64,000 bases of DNA, from contig CAVTUQ010000013.1 in the NCBI GenBank assembly GCA_963737905.1, forward strand, positions 32,001 through 96,000, written 5' to 3'. This document shows positions 38,394-48,515 of this stretch, piece by piece (positions within the stretch are counted from its first letter, which is position 1; every line of letters starts with the position of its first letter). This stretch comes from an uncultured delta proteobacterium (GTDB lineage: Bacteria; Desulfobacterota; Binatia; UBA9968). The notes below the pieces were generated by a model. That model saw only the letters and a list, made by a program, of their open reading frames with translations, did not search any database and had not been told where the DNA came from. The position numbers were made by a program, and so were the translations under genes.

Positions 38394-39269
38394 ATGGCGA
38401 ATGAAAAAATAGCCGCGGAAGAAGTGCTCTTGGATGTTAGCGTTGCCGAAGCATCGAAGCTCTATAAGTTCTACCTCAACCAAGAGAGCAAAATCCTAGG
38501 AACCAGTGCGGTCATCATATTTTTGCTCGTATGGGAGTTTATGGGTGGCGCCCTGAGCGTTTACAATCCGATCCCCGTTTTGCGAATCAATCCTATGTTC
38601 ATGAGCGCCCCATCGTTGATCTTCAAGGCGGCGGTTACCATGTTCTCTTCGGGAGAGATCTATCATGATCTCAAAATCAGCAGCATCGAGTTTTTCTGGG
38701 GATACGTGCTCGCGGTCATATTCGCCATTCCGTTCGGCATTATCACGGGCTGGTATAAGAGAGCGAGCTACCTCTTTGATCCCTTCGTTAACGCCATGAA
38801 TGCGACGCCCCGGGTGGCCCTTTTGCCACTGGTTATCATTTGGTTGGGAATCGGCATTCTTTCCAAGGTCGGCATCATTTTTCTCGGCGCGGTTTTCCCG
38901 ATGTTGATTAATGCACGGGACGGAGTGAAAACCACGCCACTGAGTCTCATCAATGCTGCGAGGAGTTTCGGCGCCTCGGAATGGCAAGTGTTTAAGAGCG
39001 TCGTTTTCCCTTCCACTCTTCCCTTCGTTTTAACCGGCTTGAGAATCGCTGTAGGGCGGGCACTTGTCGGCGTTCTGGTCGGGGAACTGTATGCGGCCAC
39101 GGCGGGAATCGGTTTCATGATCACCGTGGCGGGCGCAACTTTCCAGACGGACAAAGTTTTCGTCGGCGTTTTGATTTTTGCCATCGCTGGAATTATTCTC
39201 ACCGATATCCTTGATAGGATCGAACACCGGTTTGATAAATGGCGGCCCCAAGTGGGGGCAGCTGAATAA
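38394..39269 (+). CDS. SsuC/TauC-type ABC permease
   Basis: PRVALLPL, NAARSFGAS, GLRIAVGRA...GELYAATAGIG. Confidence 0.9.
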   Translation: MANEKIAAEEVLLDVSVAEASKLYKFYLNQESKILGTSAVIIFLLVWEFMGGALSVYNPIPVLRINPMFMSAPSLIFKAAVTMFSSGEIYHDLKISSIEFFWGYVLAVIFAIPFGIITGWYKRASYLFDPFVNAMNATPRVALLPLVIIWLGIGILSKVGIIFLGAVFPMLINARDGVKTTPLSLINAARSFGASEWQVFKSVVFPSTLPFVLTGLRIAVGRALVGVLVGELYAATAGIGFMITVAGATFQTDKVFVGVLIFAIAGIILTDILDRIEHRFDKWRPQVGAAE

Positions 39270-39322
39270 ATGACCGCTTGTCACTGAGCCGTTTTCCCGC
39301 GACAATACTCAAAATCCTTTTG

Positions 39323-41065
39323 ATGGAAGACGGCAACTCTCACTCACCAATGGTCCGCGAGGCAATCGAAAGTCGCTTCGCGTGGAAGGAATATCGCCTT
39401 CTTTTTTACTCGGTTCTGGTCGGAGTCGCAGGCGGATTAGGAGCACAGTTATTTGTTGGGCTCCTTAACATTGCGACACGCTTACTTTTGGTGGGTATTG
39501 CGGGCTACCAACCACCCGAGCCGGGAACTTTGAATCCGGAGCCTATTATTGGTCCATGGGGCCTTTGGCTGATTCCCGTAGCAACCACTTTGGGCGGGTT
39601 AATTTCTGGAGTCTTGGTTTATACCTTTGCTCCCGAGGCGGAAGGTCACGGCACCGACGCTGCCGTGGAAGCCTTTCACTTCAAGGGCGGTAAAATCAGA
39701 CCGATTGTGCCCCTGATAAAGGCTATTGCTTCCGCGATTACTATTGGCTCCGGCGGCGCAGCCGGACGCGAGGGGCCGACGGCGCAAATCAGCGTCGGCG
39801 TTGGTTCCATTCTGGCAGATTTCTTAGGGCTGCCAGACGAAGAGAGACGGATTTTGGTCCTTGCAGGCATGGCTGCGGGGCTAGCCGCCATTTTCAGATC
39901 GCCGCTTGGAATGGCGATCTTTGCCGTTGAGATTCTCTATTCAGGCATGGCCTTTGAAACCGAAGCGCTGATTTATACGGTCATCGCGTCGGTCGTAGCA
40001 TACGCGGTAAACGGTTTGTTCGTCGGTTGGTCGCCGATCTTTCTTTTCCCCGAAACGGTCCACTTTACCCGGCCCATAGAGCTAGTGGGCTACGCCGCGC
40101 TTGGGATCCTAGCTGGAGTCATCGGTGCCATCGAACCGCCGATCTTCTACGGGATTCGCGATCTATTTCGATCCCTCAGAGTTCCCAACCATGTAAAGCC
40201 CGCCATCGGCGGCCTTTTGCTGGGGTTGTTGGCTCTCGTGGTTCCCGAAGCGATATCCACTGGATACGGTTGGATTCAAAAAGCGATGACCGGGAATTAC
40301 GTCGGCTGGTCTCTGATCCTTCTGGCTCTCGTCAAAATCCTGGCAATGTCCTTAACGATCTCGTCCGGCGGTTCAGGTGGTGTTTTTGGACCCAATGTTT
40401 ACATAGGCGGAATGCTGGGCGCTTGGGTCGCGTATGCCACGGATCAATTCTTCCCCGAGATGGCCCTCAACACCGCTGCTTTCGCCGTAGTGGGCATGGC
40501 CGCCGTATTTGCGGGCACCGCGCGAGTGCCCATCGCCACGCTGGTCATGGTGGCGGAGATGACCGGCGGCTACGGTCTCATCGTTCCCTCCATGCTCGCC
40601 ACGATCATTGCTTTTGTTGTCGAGCGGACGGTCTCCGCGCGTTTCCGATACCCGCGTCTCTATGAAGCGCAAGTCGAGCTAAGATCGGATTCACCGACCC
40701 ATCATGAGAGCATGCTTCGAGCGGCTTTCGCGGTCCTCGAGCGAGGTCCCCTGGTCGACCTTCGCAACGTCACTTTCCCGCATCTCGCTTCGCTCCTCCG
40801 TCATGGCACGCCTATACCTATCCACGGGGGTCAAGGGAGGTTGTTGACAGTGAACGTTGGGGAGCATTCGCAATTAGCGGACCGTGTGATCGCGGACATC
40901 TTCGAGCAATTTCCTGATTTGCTGGCCGTCGCGATTATCCGTGATCAGCACGTGCAACTCCCCCGGGGTGCCACCCGCCTTGCAGGGGGAGATCAACTGC
41001 TCATTGTAGCAAGCGAGACTACGAGCGTGGAAGCTTTCAGGCGCTTGGCACGCAGCCGGGCTTAG
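39323..41065 (+). CDS. ClC-family chloride channel/antiporter with C-terminal RCK_C (TrkA-C)-like domain
   Basis: GHGTD, GREGPT, GGSGGVFGP; tail VAIIRD..V.LPRGATRL..GD.L. Confidence 0.9.
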   Translation: MEDGNSHSPMVREAIESRFAWKEYRLLFYSVLVGVAGGLGAQLFVGLLNIATRLLLVGIAGYQPPEPGTLNPEPIIGPWGLWLIPVATTLGGLISGVLVYTFAPEAEGHGTDAAVEAFHFKGGKIRPIVPLIKAIASAITIGSGGAAGREGPTAQISVGVGSILADFLGLPDEERRILVLAGMAAGLAAIFRSPLGMAIFAVEILYSGMAFETEALIYTVIASVVAYAVNGLFVGWSPIFLFPETVHFTRPIELVGYAALGILAGVIGAIEPPIFYGIRDLFRSLRVPNHVKPAIGGLLLGLLALVVPEAISTGYGWIQKAMTGNYVGWSLILLALVKILAMSLTISSGGSGGVFGPNVYIGGMLGAWVAYATDQFFPEMALNTAAFAVVGMAAVFAGTARVPIATLVMVAEMTGGYGLIVPSMLATIIAFVVERTVSARFRYPRLYEAQVELRSDSPTHHESMLRAAFAVLERGPLVDLRNVTFPHLASLLRHGTPIPIHGGQGRLLTVNVGEHSQLADRVIADIFEQFPDLLAVAIIRDQHVQLPRGATRLAGGDQLLIVASETTSVEAFRRLARSRA

Positions 41066-41296
41066 ATACCAGCCCCGGCGGTGACCCCTAACGATCCTGA
41101 ATCTCGTCATAAAGCCCACTGAAATCGGGGTTGATTTTCGCAAGCATCTGGTTGACACTGGATGCAAACGGAAAGCGATTATCAATTCGAAGGGCCTTAA
41201 ATATCCGTGAAGGTTCACGGTCAGTCTATATTAATGTCGGAAAATCTCTCCGGCGGTAGAACTAAAAAACAATAATGCCGAGGATATAATAGGACC

Positions 41297-42547
41297 ATGG
41301 TAGACTACGATACTGCGTTTCGGCCCTACCTGGCGAAACGCATCGAGCAGATTGAATCGGCGGAAATCGTCATTGGCATTCCCTGTTACAACAACGAATC
41401 TACGATCGTCAACGTGCTTAAACAAGTCAGCCGTGGGTTGGCCAAGCATTACAAGTCCGCACGCTCGGTGATTTTGATTTCCGACGGAGGTTCTACGGAC
41501 GACACCCGGGAAATTGTCCGGGTAGAAGAGATCATGCCATGGCAAGAAAAAGTGGTCTTCATTTATCGCGGCATCGCCGGTAAGGGCACTGCGCTGCGTG
41601 CTATTTTCGAAGCCGCGGACAAACTCAACGTAAAAGCCTGCGCGGTGGTGGACGCGGATCTGAGGAGCATTACACCCGACTGGATAGGCTACCTCTTGCA
41701 ACCGGTGTTGGAGAAGGATTATGACTACGTCGCTCCCATCTATTCGCGCTACAAATGGGACGGCACGATTACGAATAATGTCGCTTACAACCTAACCCGC
41801 TCACTCTACGGCAAGCGAATACGCCAGCCGATCGGCGGTGACTTTGGGCTTTCGATAGACACCATTCGGGCGTATCTCACCCATAACGTTTGGATGACGG
41901 ATGTCGCCCGCTTTGGCATCGATATCTGGATGACGACGCAAGCCATCGCCAGCGGCTGCCGGGTGTGCCAAGCCAATCTTGGCGTGAAGGTTCATGACCC
42001 GAAAGATCCCGGCGTGGCTCTGGGTCCAATGTTCCGTCAGGTGGTCTGGACGCTTTTGACCCTCATGGAACAGCAGGCTCACGTGTGGAAGCAAGTTCAT
42101 GGCAGCGAATCCATCGAGACCTTCGGTTCGACGGAATTTCCCGAGCCTGAAGCGATCAAGGTCGATCAGGAGTTGTTGATCCAGAACTTCAAGCTGGCCT
42201 TCCAGCACTTCGGCGCTCTGTGGAAGGATCTGCTTAGCCCGTCCTGTTATGCCACGGTGCAAAAGCTGGTGGCTTCCGAGCGAAGGAACTTTGTCCTCGA
42301 CGCTGTCTCTTGGGCGCACATTCTTTACGAAATTGCTGCTACCTTTCATCACTGGTCCAAGGACCGCGCCAAGCTGGTCGATCTCACGAGCCCGCTCTAC
42401 GAGGCGCGCGTCGCGTCGTTTATCAATGAGACCGCAGACATGACCACGGCGGAGTCCGAGCAGGTCGTCGAACGGCTGGCGGAGGTTTTTGAGCAAGAGA
42501 AACCCTACCTGCTGAAACGCTGGGAGGCCGGCGAGGGCGAGACCTAA
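41297..42547 (+). CDS. Glucosylglycerate synthase-like glycosyltransferase (Ggs/MGS-related)
   Basis: GIPCYNNE.TI, SDGGSTD, GKGTALR, DADLRSI, DGTITN, IRQPIGGDFG; context with gpgS and gpgP. Confidence 0.75.
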   Translation: MVDYDTAFRPYLAKRIEQIESAEIVIGIPCYNNESTIVNVLKQVSRGLAKHYKSARSVILISDGGSTDDTREIVRVEEIMPWQEKVVFIYRGIAGKGTALRAIFEAADKLNVKACAVVDADLRSITPDWIGYLLQPVLEKDYDYVAPIYSRYKWDGTITNNVAYNLTRSLYGKRIRQPIGGDFGLSIDTIRAYLTHNVWMTDVARFGIDIWMTTQAIASGCRVCQANLGVKVHDPKDPGVALGPMFRQVVWTLLTLMEQQAHVWKQVHGSESIETFGSTEFPEPEAIKVDQELLIQNFKLAFQHFGALWKDLLSPSCYATVQKLVASERRNFVLDAVSWAHILYEIAATFHHWSKDRAKLVDLTSPLYEARVASFINETADMTTAESEQVVERLAEVFEQEKPYLLKRWEAGEGET

Positions 42548-42616
42548 AGCCAAGGACTCTTGCAAAAGCTTTTCGGCGGTTGATATCGGTAAAACTGATC
42601 CGGAGCGCTCTCTTTC

Positions 42617-44467
42617 ATGCAATGCTCGAAAATTCTTCTTCCGCTCGTCCACCCTTCGGAGGCCGGCGACCACTTGGAGTTGGCAGCACGGCTCTTGCAT
42701 CCGAAGGGGAAACTCGTTGCCCTGAAAGTCGTTCGCGTGCCCGAAGAGAGTTCTCTGAGCGAAGGCGCCGGAGCAGCCGTCGACTCGCGGGCAGCCCTGG
42801 ATGAAGTCCACGCGATACTCCCGGACCCGCGGTTCGAGCTCAAGACCTTAGTGCGGGTTTCCCATCGCCTTTCCGAAGGCCTCATTGAAACCGCCGCTCT
42901 GGAAAGTGCCGACTTGCTGCTGTTACCGTGGAAAGGCAGCGCGAGCTCCGAAGCGGTTCTGTTCGGTCGCACCATCGACCGCCTCATTGAGACCCCTCCA
43001 TGCAACTTGCTGGTCGCCCGAGTGGGCGGCCTTTCAAAGTGCAAAAAAATTCTCCTGGCGGTGCGCGGCGGCCCCTACGCGGAATTTGCTCTGCAGATCG
43101 CGGATCAACTCGCGTTTTCCTTTTCCGGTGAAATCACGGTGCTGCATTCTGAGCAACGTTTTGTGTCGCCCGAACTTGGCGAAGAGCTTTACGGGAGCTT
43201 TATCCGCAGATTGCGCTTTCAACCGAGAGTGAGACGGCTCGTGACGGTGCAGGGCCCTCCGCATGAAGTCATACTGCAGGAAGCGCAAAGACATGATCTC
43301 GTAATCATCGGCGCGGGCGCAGGGGCAGAACCGCACTCGTTTGTTCTCGGTCCGGTCGTCGAACAAATCGCCCGCTCCACCGACAAGCCGCTGCTGGTCG
43401 TTAAGACGCCGGAGCCGTTCGCGGCCTGGGGCCAAAACCTCCGATGGGTTCAACCGAAGGCATTGTCCGAGCGGGTCGACCAGTGGTTTGCCGAGAATAC
43501 GTTTCACCGTCAGGAATTCGAAGATCTGGCAAAGCTCGTCGAGTTAAAGCAAAAACAAAATCTCACTATCAGCCTCGGTCTCCCCGCCCTCAACGAAGCG
43601 GAAACCGTCGGCAAAATTATCCAAACTATCAAGCACAAACTCTTCGACGAAATCCCGCTGCTGGATGAAATCGTGCTGATCGATTCAGGCTCGACGGACG
43701 ACACGGTCAAAATCGCGGAGGATATCGGCATTCCGATCTACGTGCACCAGGACATCCTACCCGAACACGGCGGGTTTCGCGGCAAAGGCGAGGCCTTGTG
43801 GAAAAGTCTTTTCGTCCTCAAGGGCGATATCATCGCCTGGGTCGACACCGACATCCATAATTTCTATCCTGGATTCGTCTACGGCCTGTTGGGTCCATTG
43901 TTGCGCGAGCCGGAGATTCAGTACGTCAAAGGTTTCTATCGCCGTCCAATCAAGATGGAGGGAGAGCTGGTCTCCGAAGGCGGTGGCCGGGTGACCGAGT
44001 TGACGATCCGGCCACTGTTCAATCTTTTCTATCCGGAGCTGTCGGGCATGATTCAACCGCTGGCCGGCGAATACGCCGGCCGGCGAACCGCGCTGGAGCG
44101 CGTACCTTTTTTTACCGGTTATGGCGTGGAGACGGGGTTGCTCATCGATCTGTTCAACGAAATCGGCCTGAGCGCGATTGCGCAGGTGGATCTCGAAGAA
44201 CGCATTCATCGCAATCAATCGCTCGCATCCCTCAGTCAAATGGCCTTCGCCATTCTCCAGGTGGTGATGCAGCGGCTGCAGGAAAAAAACCGGATTCAAA
44301 TCATGGACGAAGTCAATCGTTCGATGAAGCTCATCAAGCCCCAACAAAAAAGCTACGCACTGGAGCTCAAGCCGATCCAGGATCGGGAGCGTCCGCCGAT
44401 GATGACCATCCCAGAGTATCGAGCCCAACAAGCCGCACGCCGCGGTGGGAAATGCACTGCCGATTGA
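42617..44467 (+). CDS. gpgS: Tandem USP domains fused to glucosyl-3-phosphoglycerate synthase
   Basis: Two USP-like domains, then LPALNEAETVG, DSGSTD, GKGEALW, GGRVTEL, QPLAGEYAGRR, GYGVE. Confidence 0.85.
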   Translation: MQCSKILLPLVHPSEAGDHLELAARLLHPKGKLVALKVVRVPEESSLSEGAGAAVDSRAALDEVHAILPDPRFELKTLVRVSHRLSEGLIETAALESADLLLLPWKGSASSEAVLFGRTIDRLIETPPCNLLVARVGGLSKCKKILLAVRGGPYAEFALQIADQLAFSFSGEITVLHSEQRFVSPELGEELYGSFIRRLRFQPRVRRLVTVQGPPHEVILQEAQRHDLVIIGAGAGAEPHSFVLGPVVEQIARSTDKPLLVVKTPEPFAAWGQNLRWVQPKALSERVDQWFAENTFHRQEFEDLAKLVELKQKQNLTISLGLPALNEAETVGKIIQTIKHKLFDEIPLLDEIVLIDSGSTDDTVKIAEDIGIPIYVHQDILPEHGGFRGKGEALWKSLFVLKGDIIAWVDTDIHNFYPGFVYGLLGPLLREPEIQYVKGFYRRPIKMEGELVSEGGGRVTELTIRPLFNLFYPELSGMIQPLAGEYAGRRTALERVPFFTGYGVETGLLIDLFNEIGLSAIAQVDLEERIHRNQSLASLSQMAFAILQVVMQRLQEKNRIQIMDEVNRSMKLIKPQQKSYALELKPIQDRERPPMMTIPEYRAQQAARRGGKCTAD

Positions 44468-45288
44468 AAACCAGCCAGCTCATCGTCATCACCGATCTTG
44501 ACGGTACCCTGCTCGACCAAAGGACCTACAGCTATGAGCTCAGTTTACCGGCCCTGCGCCGGCTTCAGGCTGGCCGGATTCCAATTGTCTTGTGCTCGAC
44601 CAAGACAAGCGCCGAAATGCTGCCGCTCTGGCGCGAGCTCGGGCTCAAAGATCCGTTCATATGCGAAAGCGGCGGTGCGATCTATTTCCCGCGCGATTAT
44701 TTGAAAACCTGGGTGAGCGACCTCAAAACCGCGGGGACTTTCGAAGTGCTCGAATTGGGCACCGACGTCCTGCGTTTACGCGTCGCGCTGGGGGCTGCGG
44801 CGGCCGAGTGCCGGGTTAGGTTGCGGTCTTTCGGTCAGATGAATGTCGACGAGATTGCTGCCCTCACAGGACTTCGGCCGGACGAAGCCTTTCGCGCCGC
44901 GAAGCGCCAATACGACGAACCGTTTCTGGTGCAGTCCGGTGACGTTGAGAAATTGTCAGCCGTCCTGCGAGCGCGAGGACTGACCGTCACGCGCGGCGAC
45001 CGCTTCTACCACCTGACTGGCAGCCATAGCAAGCGCGATGCGGTGGTTAAACTGCTTCATCATCACCGCCGCCAATATGGCACCACCGTTGCGGTCGGTC
45101 TGGGGAATTCAGCCAACGATTGGCCCATGTTGTCCGCAGTGGAGCGGCCCCTCTTAGTCAAAAACCCCGACGGAGGCTGGGACCCGACCGTCCTGGAACG
45201 CCTGCCCAATATCGAACGCACCGAAGGGGTGGGGCCTCAGGGCTGGAAAGAAATCATCGACAGGATCTTGGACGAAGCCGCGCCCTAG
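44452..45288 (+). CDS. gpgP: Glucosyl/mannosyl-3-phosphoglycerate phosphatase (HAD IIB)
   Basis: TDLDGTLLD, STKT, GLGNSAND, GPQGW. Confidence 0.85.
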   Translation: MHCRLKTSQLIVITDLDGTLLDQRTYSYELSLPALRRLQAGRIPIVLCSTKTSAEMLPLWRELGLKDPFICESGGAIYFPRDYLKTWVSDLKTAGTFEVLELGTDVLRLRVALGAAAAECRVRLRSFGQMNVDEIAALTGLRPDEAFRAAKRQYDEPFLVQSGDVEKLSAVLRARGLTVTRGDRFYHLTGSHSKRDAVVKLLHHHRRQYGTTVAVGLGNSANDWPMLSAVERPLLVKNPDGGWDPTVLERLPNIERTEGVGPQGWKEIIDRILDEAAP

Positions 45289-45362
45289 CCCGGCATGGTC
45301 CGAGGAAAAACCGCGACACAGTGTCGATATAGGGGATAAGCCTCCGTTGAGTTTGGGCAAAA

Positions 45363-45409
45363 CGTTCAAGCTGTTCAAAACGTTTGTAACGATTTGAACT
45401 ATTTGAACG
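45363..45409. repeat. Hairpin built from 9-nt GTTCAA units
   Basis: CGTTCAAGCTGTTCAAAACGTT-tgt-AACGATTTGAACTATTTGAACG; 18/22 arm match; related units at 58508-58538. Confidence 0.7.
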
Positions 45410-45513
45410 GATGGAACTCTGATGAGCATAGGCTATATTGCCTTCGATCCGGAGAGTTCGTCCCTTGATTGCTGTTTGCCAGCGAATAGGCCTAGGCTAG
45501 GAGCGCTTTGCCG

Positions 45514-46782
45514 ATGAAAATAGTATTCGCGGTTTTGGTCTTATTGTGGCTCGCAACCCAGCCCGCGGCGCCGGCCGAACTCCGCTTTGTCACCTGGCAG
45601 CCGAGCACGGCTTGGGTGTGGGACCAAGCCATCGCCGATTTCGAAGCGAGCCATCCCGGCCTCAAAGTCGTTCGCGAAGTCGGCCCGCATTCGTCAACCG
45701 AATTTCACGACCTCGTCACCCAGAAGCTGCGGAACCGCGACACGCAAATGGACGTGTTTTTTATGGACGTCATCTGGCCTGCCGAATTTGCGGCCGCGGG
45801 CTGGGCGCTGCCGCTGGATGCATTTTTCCCGGCCGCGGAGCGAAAATTATTTTTAGAAGCCCCGATCCAGGCCGACAGCTACGATGGGCGGATATACGGG
45901 GTGCCGGTGTTTGTCGACGCCGGCATGCTCTATTACCGCAAAGATCTCCTTGAAAAATACGACTTACGGCCACCCCGCACTTGGCCCGAGCTGGTCCGCC
46001 AAGCCAGGCTGGTTCTGGCTCGGGAGCGCGATCCCTACTTGACCGGTTACTCGGCGCAGTTCAAGCAATACGAAGGACTGGTGTGCAACATGATGGAATT
46101 TATCATGAGCAACGGCGCCACCTTGTGGAACGAACAGACGCTCCAAAGCACGCTCAACGATGCCAGGGCAAAAGAGGCGGTGCGCTTCGTGCGCGACCAG
46201 ATTATCGGCGCTATCTCACATCGCGGCGTGCTCGCCTATCAAGAACCCGAATCGCTGGCGCTGTTCACCCAGGGAAAGGCGATCTTCCATCGCAATTGGC
46301 CCTACGCGTGGGAATTAGCCAACGATCCGCAGCGCTCAAAAGTTACCGGAAAAGTCGGCCTCCTGCCGTTGCCGGCTTTCCCGGGCCAAAAGAGCGTCGC
46401 CGCCTTGGGCGGATGGCAACTCGGCATCAGCCGCTTCTCACGCAATCCCCAATTAGCTTGGCAATTTGTCGAGTACATGACCAGTAGCGAGATACAGAAG
46501 CGCATTGCGCTCTACACGGGACGGGGACCGGCACGCAAAGCGCTGTACCGGGATCCGGAAATTCTAAAGAAAAACCCTCAGTTCGAGTCGCAGTATGAGA
46601 CGTTCGTTCTGGCCGCTCCCCGGCCGCGGACGCCGGTGTACCTGCCGCTTTCAAACATCATGCAGCGCTATTTCAGCTCGGCCATCGCCATCGCCGACTC
46701 GGACATCGACCGGCTCGCCCGTTCGGCGTCGCGCGACATGGATCGCGTCTTGGACTTGCTGCGCGGGCGGAGGCAGCCGTGA
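45514..46782 (+). CDS. Sugar (trehalose/maltose-type) ABC substrate-binding protein
   Basis: MDVIWPAEFA, LYYRKDLL, QYEGLVCN, FHRNWPYAW, LGGWQLGI. Confidence 0.9.
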   Translation: MKIVFAVLVLLWLATQPAAPAELRFVTWQPSTAWVWDQAIADFEASHPGLKVVREVGPHSSTEFHDLVTQKLRNRDTQMDVFFMDVIWPAEFAAAGWALPLDAFFPAAERKLFLEAPIQADSYDGRIYGVPVFVDAGMLYYRKDLLEKYDLRPPRTWPELVRQARLVLARERDPYLTGYSAQFKQYEGLVCNMMEFIMSNGATLWNEQTLQSTLNDARAKEAVRFVRDQIIGAISHRGVLAYQEPESLALFTQGKAIFHRNWPYAWELANDPQRSKVTGKVGLLPLPAFPGQKSVAALGGWQLGISRFSRNPQLAWQFVEYMTSSEIQKRIALYTGRGPARKALYRDPEILKKNPQFESQYETFVLAAPRPRTPVYLPLSNIMQRYFSSAIAIADSDIDRLARSASRDMDRVLDLLRGRRQP

Positions 46783-47669
46783 TAAAGTCTCAAGACCCGG
46801 TCTGGCGCTTTCTGTTGCCGAGTTTTGTCTTTGTCGGTCTCTTCTCTCTCTATCCGATTCTGGATTCCTTTCACCTGAGTCTCTACCGGATGATTTTGAC
46901 CTTGCCCTGGCTTGGGCAAAAGTTCGTCGGCTGGGAAAACTACCGCGATCTCGCCACCGATCCGGTGGCGCTCGGCTCGCTCGCCACATCGATGATTTTT
47001 GTCGCCGTCACGACTCCCATCGAAGTGCTGTTCGGCCTCGCGATGGCCCTGGTCCTAAACGAATCTTTTCGCGGCCGGGGCTGGCTCCGCGCCATCGTCC
47101 TCGTGCCCTGGGCCGTCCCGACGGTGGTCTCCTCCCAGATGTGGCGCTTCATCTTCAACGACCGCTACGGGCTTTTCAATTACCTTCTGTTCGGCGACGC
47201 CACCCATCGGTACTGGGCGCCGCTGGCGGAACCGGGTCTAGCATTGATGTCGATCATGGTGGCAGACATTTGGAAGACCAGTTCCTTTGCCGCGTTGATT
47301 ATTTTGGCCGGGCTGCAGGTGATTCCGCGGGAGCTTTACGAAGCGGCCAGCATCGACGGTGCCACCGCCTGGCAAAAGTTTCGCCATATTACCCTGCCGC
47401 TGGTCAAGCCCGCTTTACTCTTGGCGCTGCTGTTTCGCACCATCGACGCTCTCAAGGTTTTTGATCTGGTCTTCGTCATGACCCAGGGAGGCCCGGCGGA
47501 CACAACCAATGTCTTGCAATTTTACGGCTACAAAAAGAGTTTCGCCGAAGGGATGCTCGGCTACGGCTCGGCCATCGCGGTCGTGGTGTTCTTACTTTCC
47601 CTGGTATTGTCGATTCTTTACATTCGTTTGCTTGGGACTCGCTTGCTCGGCAAGGAAGGCCGGATATGA
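46779..47669 (+). CDS. Sugar ABC permease (MalF-type)
   Basis: ELYEAASIDGA EAA motif; TQGGP. Confidence 0.92.
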   Translation: MIKSQDPVWRFLLPSFVFVGLFSLYPILDSFHLSLYRMILTLPWLGQKFVGWENYRDLATDPVALGSLATSMIFVAVTTPIEVLFGLAMALVLNESFRGRGWLRAIVLVPWAVPTVVSSQMWRFIFNDRYGLFNYLLFGDATHRYWAPLAEPGLALMSIMVADIWKTSSFAALIILAGLQVIPRELYEAASIDGATAWQKFRHITLPLVKPALLLALLFRTIDALKVFDLVFVMTQGGPADTTNVLQFYGYKKSFAEGMLGYGSAIAVVVFLLSLVLSILYIRLLGTRLLGKEGRI

Positions 47670-48481
47670 GAAAGATCGCTTTGGCCGGCTGCGTCGTCGC
47701 CATCGCCGCGTTGAGCCTGGTGCCGTTTTTGTGGTTTGTTTTAACGTCTGTGAAAAACGCCACTGAGATCAGCGCCATACCGCCGGTCATCCTCCCGAAA
47801 AGTTTTCACTGGGACAACTACCGCTCGGCCATCGACCAATACGGGTTGCTCCACTACATCGCCAACAGCGCCATCGTCGCGTCGGCGACGACATTGATCA
47901 GCGTTGTGATCGCGGCATTGGCGGCTTTTGCGCTGGCCCGTTTCAAGGTACCCTGGGGGCGCTTCTATTTGATGTTGCTCCTGGCGCTTTCGATGTTTCC
48001 GCAGATCGCCATCGCCGGTCCGGTGTGGCGGCTTCTGAGCTGGCTCGGCTGGCTCAACAGTTATCACGGCATCGTTGCCGCTTATATATCGCTCTCCCTG
48101 CCCTTCGCCGTCTGGATCCTGACAACGTTTTTCCAGCAACTACCGTACGATATCGAAGAAGCGGCGCTGATCGATGGCTGCACGCGCTGGCAAGCCCTTC
48201 GCCTCGTGGTGTTGCCTCTCGCCGCACCGGGCCTTTTCACCGCGGCGATTCTTATCTTCATCCATGCCTGGAACGAGTTTTTTTTCGCTCTGATCATTCT
48301 GACATACCCGGCGCGGCAAACGCTTCCAGTGGGGATCGCGCTTTTCCCCGGTGAATACACCATGCCCTGGGGCGAGATTGCGGCGGCGTCCACGATTGCG
48401 ACCCTGCCGCTGGTCGCTTTGACCCTCCTTTTTCAACGACGCATCGTCCAGGGCCTATCGGCGGGAGCGGTAAAAGGCTGA
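47666..48481 (+). CDS. Sugar ABC permease (MalG-type)
   Basis: IEEAALIDG, AWNEFF, GLSAGAVKG. Confidence 0.92.
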   Translation: MRKIALAGCVVAIAALSLVPFLWFVLTSVKNATEISAIPPVILPKSFHWDNYRSAIDQYGLLHYIANSAIVASATTLISVVIAALAAFALARFKVPWGRFYLMLLLALSMFPQIAIAGPVWRLLSWLGWLNSYHGIVAAYISLSLPFAVWILTTFFQQLPYDIEEAALIDGCTRWQALRLVVLPLAAPGLFTAAILIFIHAWNEFFFALIILTYPARQTLPVGIALFPGEYTMPWGEIAAASTIATLPLVALTLLFQRRIVQGLSAGAVKG

Positions 48482-48515
48482 GTCTTGACTTGGCGCGAGG
48501 ATACTGGAGGAAACC

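Noticed and set aside
39278-39385. ClC N-terminus KILLMED...IESRF resembling the EBP receiver start (LVIE...ESRF)
   Set aside because: Match is very short and partly upstream of the likely ATG 39323; probably coincidence.
41801-42811. Long antisense ORFs (also 7709-8422, 26643-27482)
   Set aside because: Fully overlap well-supported genes and show no protein-family motifs.
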